From Myxococcota bacterium (GTDB lineage: Bacteria > Myxococcota_A > SURF-8 > G963663525), in the NCBI GenBank assembly GCA_963676915.2, contig CAXXVK010000067.1:96001-160000 (forward strand): 64,000 nt of DNA. The letters are read 5' to 3'. Below, piece after piece: positions 30,029 to 43,982 of the stretch. Every line of letters starts with the position of its first letter. Position 1 is the first letter of the stretch. Both the position numbers and the translations under genes were made by a program. The notes under the pieces were generated by a model. That model ran no database searches. It was not told the origin of the DNA and was given only the letters and a program-made list of their open reading frames with translations.

Positions 30029-30407
30029 TTGACTTCGAAGCGTCGTTTTAATAGAAACCCCCTCGCCGCTTACGAGTGGCAGCTTTGAAAACCTGAGATC
30101 GAAACTTTCCCCAACGCCGGGTTGCAGTGCGAACTTTAAATACTTATTCTCGCGCTCAGCCGCTAACGGGAAAGTGGTCTTGGGTTACCAAGGCACGGGT
30201 GATCGACTTTACGGTCAGTCACCACCGGACGGAATACGGTTCCTCCGGGAAGTGAAAAAAAAGAAAAAAAGAAGTTGACATTCTGGGCAAAAACTGGTTT
30301 ATTCCGTCGCCCACGCCGAGGAAACAGTGACTGTCGAGTCACCAAGCCCACGGCGGAAGAAAGTGAAAAAAAGATGTTGACTTCACTGGCAAGATCGAAT
30401 ATAAAAT
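30029..30407 (+). promoter_or_regulatory. Three tandem sigma70-type rrn promoters with AT-rich UP elements
   Basis: TTGACT-17-TAGAAA (30029), TTGACA-17-TTTATT (30275), TTGACT-17-TATAAA (30377), each preceded by A/T tracts; boxA-like CTTTGAAAAC at ~30083 and ~30431. Confidence 0.7.
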
Positions 30408-30536
30408 GCGACTTGCCGATTTGATCCGGTCTTTGAAAACTAAACAGCAGAAAACTTGATGATTGGGTGCCCCAATCATTGAAATTGAGTTAAAGCTTTA
30501 GGCTACTATGTCTAGGCAAACTTATCCGATTTAAAT

Positions 30537-32077
<1,541 letters not shown>

Positions 32078-32267
32078 TTTCCTTTTGGAAACACCAGGTC
32101 GATCACTCGATCATCCCGTTTTCGAACGGAGTCGGATTTCTGCTGTTTAGTTTTCTGGATCGGGTCACATTTTTGTGCTCTTTTTCAGATTTTGATCGGT
32201 TGAGGCGAGGGGCGACCTTCGAAGACTGCTTGCAAAGGGTTCACGCTCGTTGGTCAATCAGCGGTAG

Positions 32268-32344
32268 GGGCCTGTAGCTCAGTTGGTTAGAGCGCGCGCC
32301 TGATAAGCGCGAGGTCGGCAGTTCAAGTCTGCCCAGGCCCACCA
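32268..32344 (+). tRNA. tRNA-Ile(GAT)
   Basis: GGGCCTGTAGCTCAG...CTGATAA...GTTCAAGTC...GGCCCACCA. Confidence 0.98.
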
Positions 32345-32371
32345 AACTCGCTTAGCTGGCGTTTTTCCCAC

Positions 32372-32447
32372 GGGGGATTAGCTCAGTTGGTAGAGCGCCT
32401 GCTTTGCACGCAGGAGGCCGCCGGTTCGATTCCGACATCCTCCACCA
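32372..32447 (+). tRNA. tRNA-Ala(TGC)
   Basis: GGGGGATTAGCTCAG...TTTGCAC...GTTCGATTC...TCCTCCACCA. Confidence 0.97.
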
Positions 32448-32607
32448 ATTGCACGTATCATCCGTAAGGATGTTGAAAAGTTTCCGATCTTTGACAATCG
32501 AATAATACTGAAACGAGAATGAGGCATCCATGCATTCGAGAAGAATGTATGGCTGGCGAGACAGCGATAGAACGTATGTCGAACCTTGATCTGCGACACT
32601 TTTTAGT

Positions 32608-35557
<2,950 letters not shown>

Positions 35558-35635
35558 CTTTTTCTGTGTGGCAGATCAAGGTTGGATGTGCGTTCTAGCA
35601 TAGCCTCTGAAGTTTCAGATATTATTCGAAAGTTT

Positions 35636-35755
35636 TGCCCGGTGTTAATGGCGGAGGGGCCACACCCGATCCCATCCCGAACTCGATGGTAAAGTCCTCC
35701 AGCGCCGATGGTACTGCGTGGGAAACTGCGTGGGAGAGTAGGTCGATGCCGGGCA
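35636..35755 (+). rRNA. rrf: 5S rRNA
   Basis: TGCCCGGTG...CCCATCCCGAAC...GATGGTACTG...GAGAGTAGG...CCGGGCA. Confidence 0.97.
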
Positions 35756-35766
35756 TTTTAAATTTG

Positions 35767-35797
35767 AATCCCGATCGTTTATACGGTCGGGATTTTT
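35767..35797 (+). terminator. Intrinsic terminator of the rrn operon
   Basis: AATCCCGATCG-loop-CGGTCGGGATT followed by a T run. Confidence 0.85.
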
Positions 35798-35975
35798 AGT
35801 TGTTCAAAAAAATATATCCCAATACCTCTAAAAGCCCGTATAGGAGATCAGAGCAGGAAAGTTATAATGCTAGAAAGACGGAATGAAACCGGTAATTAGG
35901 TAAAGGAAGAAACAAGGTTAAACTTTTCCATTTTTTTGTATAAAAATGGAAAACCATAAAGGAAAGGTCAAAAAA

Positions 35976-36335
35976 ATGCCGCGCTTAGAATTCTTTCAAA
36001 ACGGAGATAAATTCATCCAATTGCAACTAGAGAACGAAGAAATCACCTTCGGACGTTCCAGTGATTGCGATGTCACTTTGGCCGGACCGAGTATTTCGAG
36101 AGTTCATGCCAAAATCGAACCGTTTGCGGATCAATGGAAGTTGGTCAATCTCGGGAGAAACGGGACACGAGTCAATGCAGAATTTATAGAAAAGGAAAAA
36201 AATCTTTCATTCGGCGATCGCATTTACATCGATCACTATACGGCAATGTTTGTCGATGACTCCTTTGGCGAGTCAACAGACACCGTTACATTAACGAAAA
36301 TTCGTGTCGAAGACGTACAAAAAGCAGCAGAATAG
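35976..36335 (+). CDS. FHA domain protein
   Basis: ITFGRSSDCDV, ISRVHAKI, LGRNGTRVN. Confidence 0.88.
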   Translation: MPRLEFFQNGDKFIQLQLENEEITFGRSSDCDVTLAGPSISRVHAKIEPFADQWKLVNLGRNGTRVNAEFIEKEKNLSFGDRIYIDHYTAMFVDDSFGESTDTVTLTKIRVEDVQKAAE

Positions 36336-36482
36336 AAAAAAATGGAAAAATAGAAAATATGAGCACGTTTTTGTTGGCTGGTTGAATTATTACCTCGATA
36401 CCACGTGCAAAAATTTACCAATGAGCATCTTTGGGTGGGTGCATCAAAAAATAGTGCGACCTTCGTAAAATCCTCTTTTTTC

Positions 36483-36577
36483 GTAGCGGCGAGGCGCAAG
36501 CCCGCCGTTTTTGACTTTTGAAAGTTGCTTTTATGCCCCCAATCTCCCTTTTCGGCGGGCTTACGCCTCGCCGCTAC
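36483..36577. repeat. REP doublet (REPIN-like), family B
   Basis: GTAGCGGCGAGGCGCAAGCCCGCCG ... CGGCGGGCTTACGCCTCGCCGCTAC (25-bp inverted pair, 1 mismatch, GTAG ends). Confidence 0.8.
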
Positions 36578-36722
36578 AACCAAATGAATGAATGCTTCAA
36601 TAGTATTGGGCCAATTCGCACCATTTTGTGATGCCCCCTCTTTTCGTTCCACATGAGAAATTACCTTGTCTGGAATTTCTTTAAGAGCTATACCTTTCGC
36701 ACTTCGTTTCGGGAGGCAGAGC

Positions 36723-37901
36723 GTGGAAAACAGAGAATCCAAACCATCAACGGAACATTTCGAGACGGCAAAAGTTGCGGGAATTGGTGCGATTCATTTC
36801 GTCCATGACATCTATACCGCGCTGTTGTCGCCGATCTTGCCGGTGTTAATCGAAAAACTTTCCTTGAGCCTTGCCCAAGCCGGATCGTTAACGGTTTTCA
36901 TGCAGTTTCCCTCTCTTTTCAACCCGTTTCTCGGAACATTGGCCGACCGGTATCGGCTCAATCGTCTCTTTCTGATCCTTTCGCCTTCCCTTACCGCCGT
37001 TTGTATGTGTCTTCTCGGAATGACCGGACATTTCGCCATCCTAGCGGTGATTTTGCTTGTGGCGGGAATCAGTGTGGCGACATTGCATGTATCCGCTCCT
37101 GTTATGGTGGCCCGTCTTTCAGGAAATCAGGTGGGACGAGGCATGGGCTTTTTCATGCTCGGTGGAGAACTGGCCCGTACGATGGGACCGTTGCTAGCCG
37201 TCTGGAGTGTCAGCACCCTGGGATTGGACGGCCTCTGGCCACTGGCTTCCGTCGGATTGACATCCTCCGTAATATTGTATTGGAAACTCAACCCCAATCT
37301 TCAGACCAAAAGCAAGCGGAATGTTTCTTTAAAGGCCATGGTCCGAACCATGAAGCCGATCATCACCGGCGTATCGGGAATTCTGATTGCCCGGGCCTTT
37401 CTCGCAGCGGCAACGACCACATTTCTACCAACCTACCTGTATCAGAACGGTCATAGCCTGTGGATCGCCGGAGCGGCGTTATCCATGGTGGAACTGGCTG
37501 GCGCGGCTGGAGTGTTTCTTTCGGGGACACTCTCGGACCGCTTCGGGCGCCGTCGGGTACTGTTTGCCGTAATTCTAACGGCTCCACTGATGCTGTTATG
37601 GGTGCAATTCAGTTCGGGCGTGTTGCTCATTATTGCTCTGTTGTTACTGGGGTTTACGACCATTTCCAGTGGTCCGGTTCTTATGGCCGTAATGCTGGAA
37701 AACGCCGGTGACAATCAGGCCGCCGCCAATGGCATGTATATGGCTATCAGCTTTGCATTTAGATCCTTCGTTGTGGTGATGGTCGGGTTGATGAGCGACG
37801 CATGGGGAATGCACACGGCTTTTCTCGTCTGCGCTTTCATGGCATTTGGCGGGCTACCCTTCATCCTTATGCTGCCGTCCAAATCGAAGGAAAACGTTTG
37901 A
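36723..37901 (+). CDS. MFS transporter (Fsr-like)
   Basis: HFVHDIY...LSPILP, GTLADR, GTLSDRFGRRR; about 12 TM; GGGAGG RBS before GTG. Confidence 0.88.
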   Translation: MENRESKPSTEHFETAKVAGIGAIHFVHDIYTALLSPILPVLIEKLSLSLAQAGSLTVFMQFPSLFNPFLGTLADRYRLNRLFLILSPSLTAVCMCLLGMTGHFAILAVILLVAGISVATLHVSAPVMVARLSGNQVGRGMGFFMLGGELARTMGPLLAVWSVSTLGLDGLWPLASVGLTSSVILYWKLNPNLQTKSKRNVSLKAMVRTMKPIITGVSGILIARAFLAAATTTFLPTYLYQNGHSLWIAGAALSMVELAGAAGVFLSGTLSDRFGRRRVLFAVILTAPLMLLWVQFSSGVLLIIALLLLGFTTISSGPVLMAVMLENAGDNQAAANGMYMAISFAFRSFVVVMVGLMSDAWGMHTAFLVCAFMAFGGLPFILMLPSKSKENV

Positions 37902-37938
37902 TCAAACTTTCCGTGAAAAGCAAGTCATCGTTCCGCCA

Positions 37939-38793
37939 TCAACGTCCCCAATTGAGTTTTTCCCGAAGAATTTCAAAGTAGTTGCGCCGCGATGATCGAA
38001 TAATCAACGTAGCCGCTTTTCCACGTCGGACGGTGATGCGATCGTTTTGCTGGATTGCGATTCCTGCTCGTCCATCCAGCGAAAGAAATGAATCGCCCGA
38101 GGTCCGCGCCAGACGAATGCCCAGTTCCAGACGATCCGGGACCACAAAAGGACGCAAGGTAAGACTGTGGGGACAAATCGGTGTAATAATAAAGGATTCC
38201 AGCGTCGGATAGCAGATCGGTCCGCCCGCCGCCATATTGTAAGCGGTGGAACCGGTAGGAGTAGCCACGATCACGCCATCGGCTCGGAAGCGCGTTAAAA
38301 AATCCCCGGCAACGCTGATATCCATCCCGATCAGACCGCTATCGGGACCACGATTGACTACGGCATCGTTGAGTACCAGCTCGCTTTGCAGACATTCTCC
38401 GTTACGTTCGAGTTCGACACGCAACATGCCTCGGCGGGTCGTCTGAAAATTCCCTTCCAGAATCGAGTCAAGGGCTTCGAAAAGCTCGGGCAACGGGTAT
38501 TCGGTCATGAATCCGAGTGTTCCCATGTTGACGCCCAGAATCGGAACCTCCCGACCGTCGAGCAGACGAGCTGCTTTGATCAACGTACCGTCACCGCCCA
38601 TCACGATGACGAGTTCCGCCTCCTGCATCACCTCGGCTTCTTCAGCAACGATTACGCCACCGGGCCAGTCTCCGTCGATGTCGATCCGCACTGTTTTTCC
38701 AAAAGCGACAAGGTGGCTGACCAACCTGAGAATATCGTCGCGATTTCCGTCGAATCCTTCACGGGTCACGATGCTGACTTTTCGAATGCCCAT
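37939..38793 (-). CDS. nadK: NAD(+) kinase
   Basis: GGDGT, GVNMGTLGF, LND, ADGVIVATPTGSTAYNMAAGGP. Confidence 0.96.
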   Translation of the reverse strand: MGIRKVSIVTREGFDGNRDDILRLVSHLVAFGKTVRIDIDGDWPGGVIVAEEAEVMQEAELVIVMGGDGTLIKAARLLDGREVPILGVNMGTLGFMTEYPLPELFEALDSILEGNFQTTRRGMLRVELERNGECLQSELVLNDAVVNRGPDSGLIGMDISVAGDFLTRFRADGVIVATPTGSTAYNMAAGGPICYPTLESFIITPICPHSLTLRPFVVPDRLELGIRLARTSGDSFLSLDGRAGIAIQQNDRITVRRGKAATLIIRSSRRNYFEILREKLNWGR

Positions 38794-38939
38794 AGTCCTC
38801 CTCGAAGGCGCTTCACCTAATAAATTCCACTATTTCAGCCTCATTGACGGCTGTCCAGGAAAAAGACTTTCTTTCTTGCTTGGCTTGTCGCAAGACAATA
38901 TGGTAGAAAATCGAAAATCTATTTTTCCCGGAGGCGCAA

Positions 38940-39479
38940 GTGCCGCAAAAATACGTCATTTTATCTATTGTTTCAACGATATGCGTTATTCTGGACCAGG
39001 TAACCAAACAACTGGCCGTTCCACTCAAACATCAGCCCGATGTCAAGATCATTCCAGGACTGTTCAGCTTCAAATATGCAGAAAACCACGGGGGCGCTTT
39101 CAGTTCCTTCGCCGACCTGGCGGACCCCTGGCGCACGGCTTTTTTCATTACGGTTAGCATCCTGGCATTCGTCTTCATTTTCGTGTTTTTCCGAAAAGTG
39201 AAGAACAATCAATACCTTCTGGTATTTGCCTTTTCGGTGATCATGGGAGGCGCACTCGGCAACTTCATCGATCGTGTTGCGTACAATTACGTGATCGATT
39301 TCGCTTTGCTGTATTACAAGAATTTCTATTGGCCGGTGTTTAACGTGGCGGATATTTTCATTACGGCGGGCGTGATCATGTTGGCGATCGAAATGCTTTT
39401 CGGGAAAAGCGAATTCAGCCTTTTCCAAAGAGAAGAAGACGACCTCGCCACCCCCCAAAGAATGACGATATTCCAATAA
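38940..39479 (+). CDS. lspA: Lipoprotein signal peptidase II
   Basis: LDQVTK, NHGGAFS, GGALGNFIDR, VIDF, PVFNVAD. Confidence 0.96.
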   Translation: MPQKYVILSIVSTICVILDQVTKQLAVPLKHQPDVKIIPGLFSFKYAENHGGAFSSFADLADPWRTAFFITVSILAFVFIFVFFRKVKNNQYLLVFAFSVIMGGALGNFIDRVAYNYVIDFALLYYKNFYWPVFNVADIFITAGVIMLAIEMLFGKSEFSLFQREEDDLATPQRMTIFQ

Positions 39480-39687
39480 AATCAAGCGATTGCCTCCACC
39501 TTTTCGTGCGCTGTACCCATCGGGTGATCCGTTTGTCCGCCAAACGTTTTGTAGCTACTAGCTAACCTTTGGAATTTTCTACTCCTTTTGTTTTCTTCTC
39601 CTCTCCGATTCGGGTTCGGTTGCACGCAATCCATACGAATGCTAGTATGATTCCATTCGATGCTTACTGAAAAAACGAGGGACGCCC

Positions 39688-42333
39688 ATGTTTCCCGCAA
39701 AAAAAATAAAAGAACAATCGCCGAAAACCTCCGATAAAAAATCGAAAAACAAAGAGCCAAAGGTTTTAGGATTGTTGTCTCGACTGTTTTTATTCCTGTT
39801 CGGCGGATGGATTGCGAAAATCCACTTTTACAAAAAGATTATCAAGCGCATTCAACAAGGAACCGAAGATGGATCGGTGGTGTTGGTGCTTCAGTTTTTC
39901 AGTCGCCTGGATTACCTGATTCTTTGCTGGTTTCTGCGCAGAGAAAAACTTCCTCTTCCCGCTTTTCCCCAAAAACCGAAACGAAAAAAGAAAAAACGTT
40001 CCAAATCCAAAAAAGATGCGTCAAACGTAACGCCTTTACCTGCTCCCATCCCGAAAGGCGAAGTGCGGTTGCTGTTTCTGCAACGCCGGAAAAATTTATT
40101 TTCGGATGGAAAACGTGATCTTATCGATCCTATCGCAGAATTGATCGAAATCCAGAAAGTCACCCGTCACCCAATTTATTTCTTACCGATCATCACGGTC
40201 TGGACCAAGCGCCCCATTACGTTGAGACGCTCGGTGATGGATGTCTTTTTCGGCAACAACCTGCAACCCGGTCCGATACGTAAGTTCGTGATTTTTCTGT
40301 ACAACTGCAAGAATGCCTTTATCAAGAGCGGCAACCTGATCGATACCGTCCCCTGGACAGACCCGGATATTCTCGAACATGGCAAAGACCCGGTACGAGA
40401 AATCCGCTGGCGACTGTTCCAGTTTTTCAGCGAGGAACGTACCGCCATCGCGGGACCGGCCAGCAAACCACGCGCCTGGATTCTCGAATCCGTATTGCGC
40501 TCTCAAGCGATGCAACAAGCCATCGAACAGGTTTCACGTGAATCGGACCGCCCCATCGAAGAAGTACGGCAGGAGGCGGCGGAAAACCTGGACTGGATCG
40601 CGGCGGACTACCGTTTTTCATTTATCTGGCTGGCCGAAAAAGTTCTTAACCTGTTCCGCCGGATTTTCGACCGTTTCGTGCTTGACGAACAGGAATTCGA
40701 AAAACTGCGAGAATTGATGAAAAAAGGCCCGGTGGTTTTCATTCCTTCCCACAAATCCCATGTGGATTATCTGCTGGTTTCCTATGTAATGTTCAAACGG
40801 GCGTTGGTTGCTCCGCACATTATTGCAGGGGAAAACATGGGATTCTGGCCGATGGGATTCTTTTTCCGTCGTATGGGAGCCATTTTTATCCGGCGCTCGT
40901 TCAAGGGAGACTTGCTGTATTCCGTAGCGTTGAAAACCTACCTGCAACGAATTTTATGGGAGGGCTACTCCCTGGAATTCTACATCGAGGGCACGCGCTC
41001 ACGCACCGGAAAAGTCCTGCTTCCAAAGCTGGGAATTCTATCCATTCTCGTCGATTCTTATCTGGCCAACCCTTCGAGGGATCTGGTTTTTCAGCCGTTG
41101 TCCATCGTTTACGGAAAACTGATCGAGCAGCAGAGCTATACCGATGAGTTGGTTGGCGGAACCAAAAAGAAAGAGTCGTTTACCGGTTTATTGAAAATTC
41201 TCAAGCTGTTACGTTTCCGTTTCGGTTCGATTTACGTGCGATTCGGTGAACCGATTTCATTCCGGGACTATCTGTCATCCCGTGATATCGACCCCAAAAA
41301 CCTGCCGAAACCCTTGTATCGAAAGACCATTGAAGAGTTGGGTTCCGAAATCGTCTGGCGTATCAATTCCGCCGTGACGGCAACTCCGACTTCGGTGGTT
41401 AGCCTCGCCCTGATTTCTTCGACTCGCAAAGGCATTACCAAGAAAAAACTGCTGGATCGCATCGAGCGAATACTACGGTATTTGCGGAAAAATCAGGCCA
41501 AAGTCTCGGACGACATGGACCACTCCCTCTGGGCGGTGGTCGAAACCATCAACCGTTTCGTCAAAGAAGGTAAAATCCATCTTCACACCATTGGCAATGA
41601 AGAGATTTTCACCATCGACGAAAGCTCGCGAATGGCGTTGGATTACTACAAAAACCAGATTCTCCATTACTTCGTCCCTCCGGCGTTCATTGCTCTCGCC
41701 TATTCGTCGTTCAGCGACAGCAAAGCCCCCATCGAAGATGTCCGCTGCCGTGCGGAATTCCTTGCGGATCTTTTCCACCTGGAACTGAAATTCAGTCCCC
41801 AGGGATCGTTTGACGATGTATTCGACACCGCCCTGGACTACTTCAAAGAAGCAGGCTTCATTACTCTTGACGCCCATGGGAACATTCGTGCAACCTCGAC
41901 TTCCGGTCGGGAGTTCACCCTGCTACGACTGATGCTCAACAATTACATCGAAAGTTATTGGGTGGTTGCTCTGGCATTGCCAATGTTGCTGGAAACGAAC
42001 ATGGAGGAAAAGGAATTCCTGAAGAGGGTCATGGAATATGGCCAGAAACTGCAACTGATCGGAAAAATCAACCAAGCCGAAGCTTTCTCGAAAAACAACT
42101 TCAACAATGCCATAAAGTATTTCATGTCACGAGGCATCTTGGATCACGACCGACCCCGTGAAGAAAATTCGATGACCGCACTTCCACCGGATATTCTGAT
42201 TCACGAAGAGGAACTGAAGAAAAAGAAGAAAAAAATCCGCCGAGTTGCAAAAATCCACCTCGCCGAAACCTACCAGGATTATCAGAAACTTAAACCGGTG
42301 GCCGAGGAAATCGATCTCTATCGGATGAAATGA
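39688..42333 (+). CDS. plsB: Glycerol-3-phosphate acyltransferase, PlsB-type
   Basis: PSHKSHVDYL (HX4D), AGENM, GAIFIRRSF, EFYIEGTRSRTGK. Confidence 0.88.
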   Translation: MFPAKKIKEQSPKTSDKKSKNKEPKVLGLLSRLFLFLFGGWIAKIHFYKKIIKRIQQGTEDGSVVLVLQFFSRLDYLILCWFLRREKLPLPAFPQKPKRKKKKRSKSKKDASNVTPLPAPIPKGEVRLLFLQRRKNLFSDGKRDLIDPIAELIEIQKVTRHPIYFLPIITVWTKRPITLRRSVMDVFFGNNLQPGPIRKFVIFLYNCKNAFIKSGNLIDTVPWTDPDILEHGKDPVREIRWRLFQFFSEERTAIAGPASKPRAWILESVLRSQAMQQAIEQVSRESDRPIEEVRQEAAENLDWIAADYRFSFIWLAEKVLNLFRRIFDRFVLDEQEFEKLRELMKKGPVVFIPSHKSHVDYLLVSYVMFKRALVAPHIIAGENMGFWPMGFFFRRMGAIFIRRSFKGDLLYSVALKTYLQRILWEGYSLEFYIEGTRSRTGKVLLPKLGILSILVDSYLANPSRDLVFQPLSIVYGKLIEQQSYTDELVGGTKKKESFTGLLKILKLLRFRFGSIYVRFGEPISFRDYLSSRDIDPKNLPKPLYRKTIEELGSEIVWRINSAVTATPTSVVSLALISSTRKGITKKKLLDRIERILRYLRKNQAKVSDDMDHSLWAVVETINRFVKEGKIHLHTIGNEEIFTIDESSRMALDYYKNQILHYFVPPAFIALAYSSFSDSKAPIEDVRCRAEFLADLFHLELKFSPQGSFDDVFDTALDYFKEAGFITLDAHGNIRATSTSGREFTLLRLMLNNYIESYWVVALALPMLLETNMEEKEFLKRVMEYGQKLQLIGKINQAEAFSKNNFNNAIKYFMSRGILDHDRPREENSMTALPPDILIHEEELKKKKKKIRRVAKIHLAETYQDYQKLKPVAEEIDLYRMK

Positions 42334-43901
42334 CAGTCTGCCTGCCACCTCATCCCCTGCTGGGATTGCTTCTCCTGGCAATTCCGTTTGGTGCTTTTTG
42401 GGGAGCAAGTGTTCTCCTTTTTGTTCGATTTTCCGTAGTTTTGCACTTTTTCCGAAATCTCCAGCGTTGGGAAATCGCCTCGATGGCTGGCATGGTCATC
42501 GTTTTATCTGCGCTGGCCTATGGGCTATCTCCCCATGGTCCCGTGGTGTATTTCGATGAATTTCAACACGCCGAAGCCATGGCAAATACGATCGAAAAAC
42601 TCGATCCCCACGGCTGTTGCGAATACCGGAACGGCGAGTGCTTGCAAGGTGGCCCGATGCTCTGGCCATTGACCAGCCACGTTGCGGCTTTGCCTTTCTG
42701 GTTCCTTGCATCCGATGACAATCCCGTACGCCGAGCGTTCAAAGCACGAACTTTCGCCAATATTCTGTGGATGGGACTTTCTCCGGCACTGATCACCCTC
42801 TGGCTGCTGCTGCTTTTCAAACGACCATCCCTTGCCCATGCGGGTGGCTGGCTCTGGGTGCTCAATCCCATTCCTGCGAAGTTGATGTTTTCGGCCTCGT
42901 TGATGCCGTCGGCGGTTGGATTGTCACTCCTGGCACTGATTGCTCTGGAACGCTGGCGAAATTCAGAAAAAGTTCTGGATTTTCTAGTGGTTACGTTTCT
43001 TCTGATAGCCACGATTCATACGCGCATGGAGATGGCGTTGATTGCCGTATGGTTGCCGTTCAGGTTGCGAACGTCCGGGACGAAACGCCTTTCATGGCTG
43101 CTTTTTTTCTTGTTGGTTGCTAGCGCATTACCGCTGGGATTCCTTTATTCCAATGGTGCCGCCGGGGGGGCGGCAGGATGGAACGAAACCCTTTCTCAAA
43201 GCTGGACCCACTTGCTTGTGCATCTTCCCGCGAACCTTGCATTTCTCGCCGGATCGTTCCATGTTCCCTTGCTTCTGCCTTTGGCTGTCATCGGGATTTT
43301 CTGCGAACGCAAGAACTCTCGAACCTTGGGATTGCTTCTGACAAGTCTCGGTTTTCTCTTGTTTTATTCCGCCTACCACATCGGTCGCTTCGATCTCGAG
43401 CAATCTTTCGATGGCTGGCGGTACAGCTCGATGGTCACCCTTTTTCTTCTTCCTCTCGCAGCGGTCGGATGGGATCGAGTGTGGCAAATTCCCCATTTTA
43501 CCTCGCGCAAGATAGCCACCGGGACCATTGTTGTCGCGATGATCTGGATTCTTCTGGGACAGCAAAGCTTCCGGGCGGCACGTCATCCGCTGCACGCTTT
43601 GGACGAATGGATGCAACAACGTTTCGAGTCGGAAAAAGATAAGGAAACCGATCCCATAACCCTTCGATTTTACACGAAAGAAACCGCATACGTACGAGCT
43701 TTTTGCAAGCACGATATTTCCGAGTGGAACGTGGATCGCTATAAACGTGAAGCCCTGAAACGTCCTACTATCGAAAACCGCTACCTTCGCAGTTGGAACG
43801 AAGCTGTGCCCGAGGATCTTCCAGGTTTGCACTTCGAACCCATGGGAGCGTCGTCTCCCGATACAGGAAATGCCGTGGAATTTCGGATTATTGCTCACTA
43901 A
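42330..43901 (+). CDS. Polytopic membrane protein, GT-C (ArnT/PMT-like) fold suspected
   Basis: More than 10 TM segments; YFDEFQH loop motif after the N-terminal TMs; WRY late in the TM bundle; ATGA overlap with plsB. Confidence 0.55.
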   Translation: MTVCLPPHPLLGLLLLAIPFGAFWGASVLLFVRFSVVLHFFRNLQRWEIASMAGMVIVLSALAYGLSPHGPVVYFDEFQHAEAMANTIEKLDPHGCCEYRNGECLQGGPMLWPLTSHVAALPFWFLASDDNPVRRAFKARTFANILWMGLSPALITLWLLLLFKRPSLAHAGGWLWVLNPIPAKLMFSASLMPSAVGLSLLALIALERWRNSEKVLDFLVVTFLLIATIHTRMEMALIAVWLPFRLRTSGTKRLSWLLFFLLVASALPLGFLYSNGAAGGAAGWNETLSQSWTHLLVHLPANLAFLAGSFHVPLLLPLAVIGIFCERKNSRTLGLLLTSLGFLLFYSAYHIGRFDLEQSFDGWRYSSMVTLFLLPLAAVGWDRVWQIPHFTSRKIATGTIVVAMIWILLGQQSFRAARHPLHALDEWMQQRFESEKDKETDPITLRFYTKETAYVRAFCKHDISEWNVDRYKREALKRPTIENRYLRSWNEAVPEDLPGLHFEPMGASSPDTGNAVEFRIIAH

Positions 43902-43982
43902 AGAACAAGCTTTTCTCTTGACGCAAACAGCTCCACCCACAATACTTACCATTCCCGAAAAACGACGACGAGGAGAGAAACT

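Noticed and set aside
36236-36742. 168-aa minus-strand ORF
   Set aside because: Runs through the REP doublet and overlaps real genes antisense; no motif
40530-40545. parS-like GGTTTCACGTGAATCG
   Set aside because: Only 13/16 match to TGTTTCACGTGAAACA, lies inside plsB codons (QVSRES), single copy seen; cannot be supported without ChIP or genome-wide context
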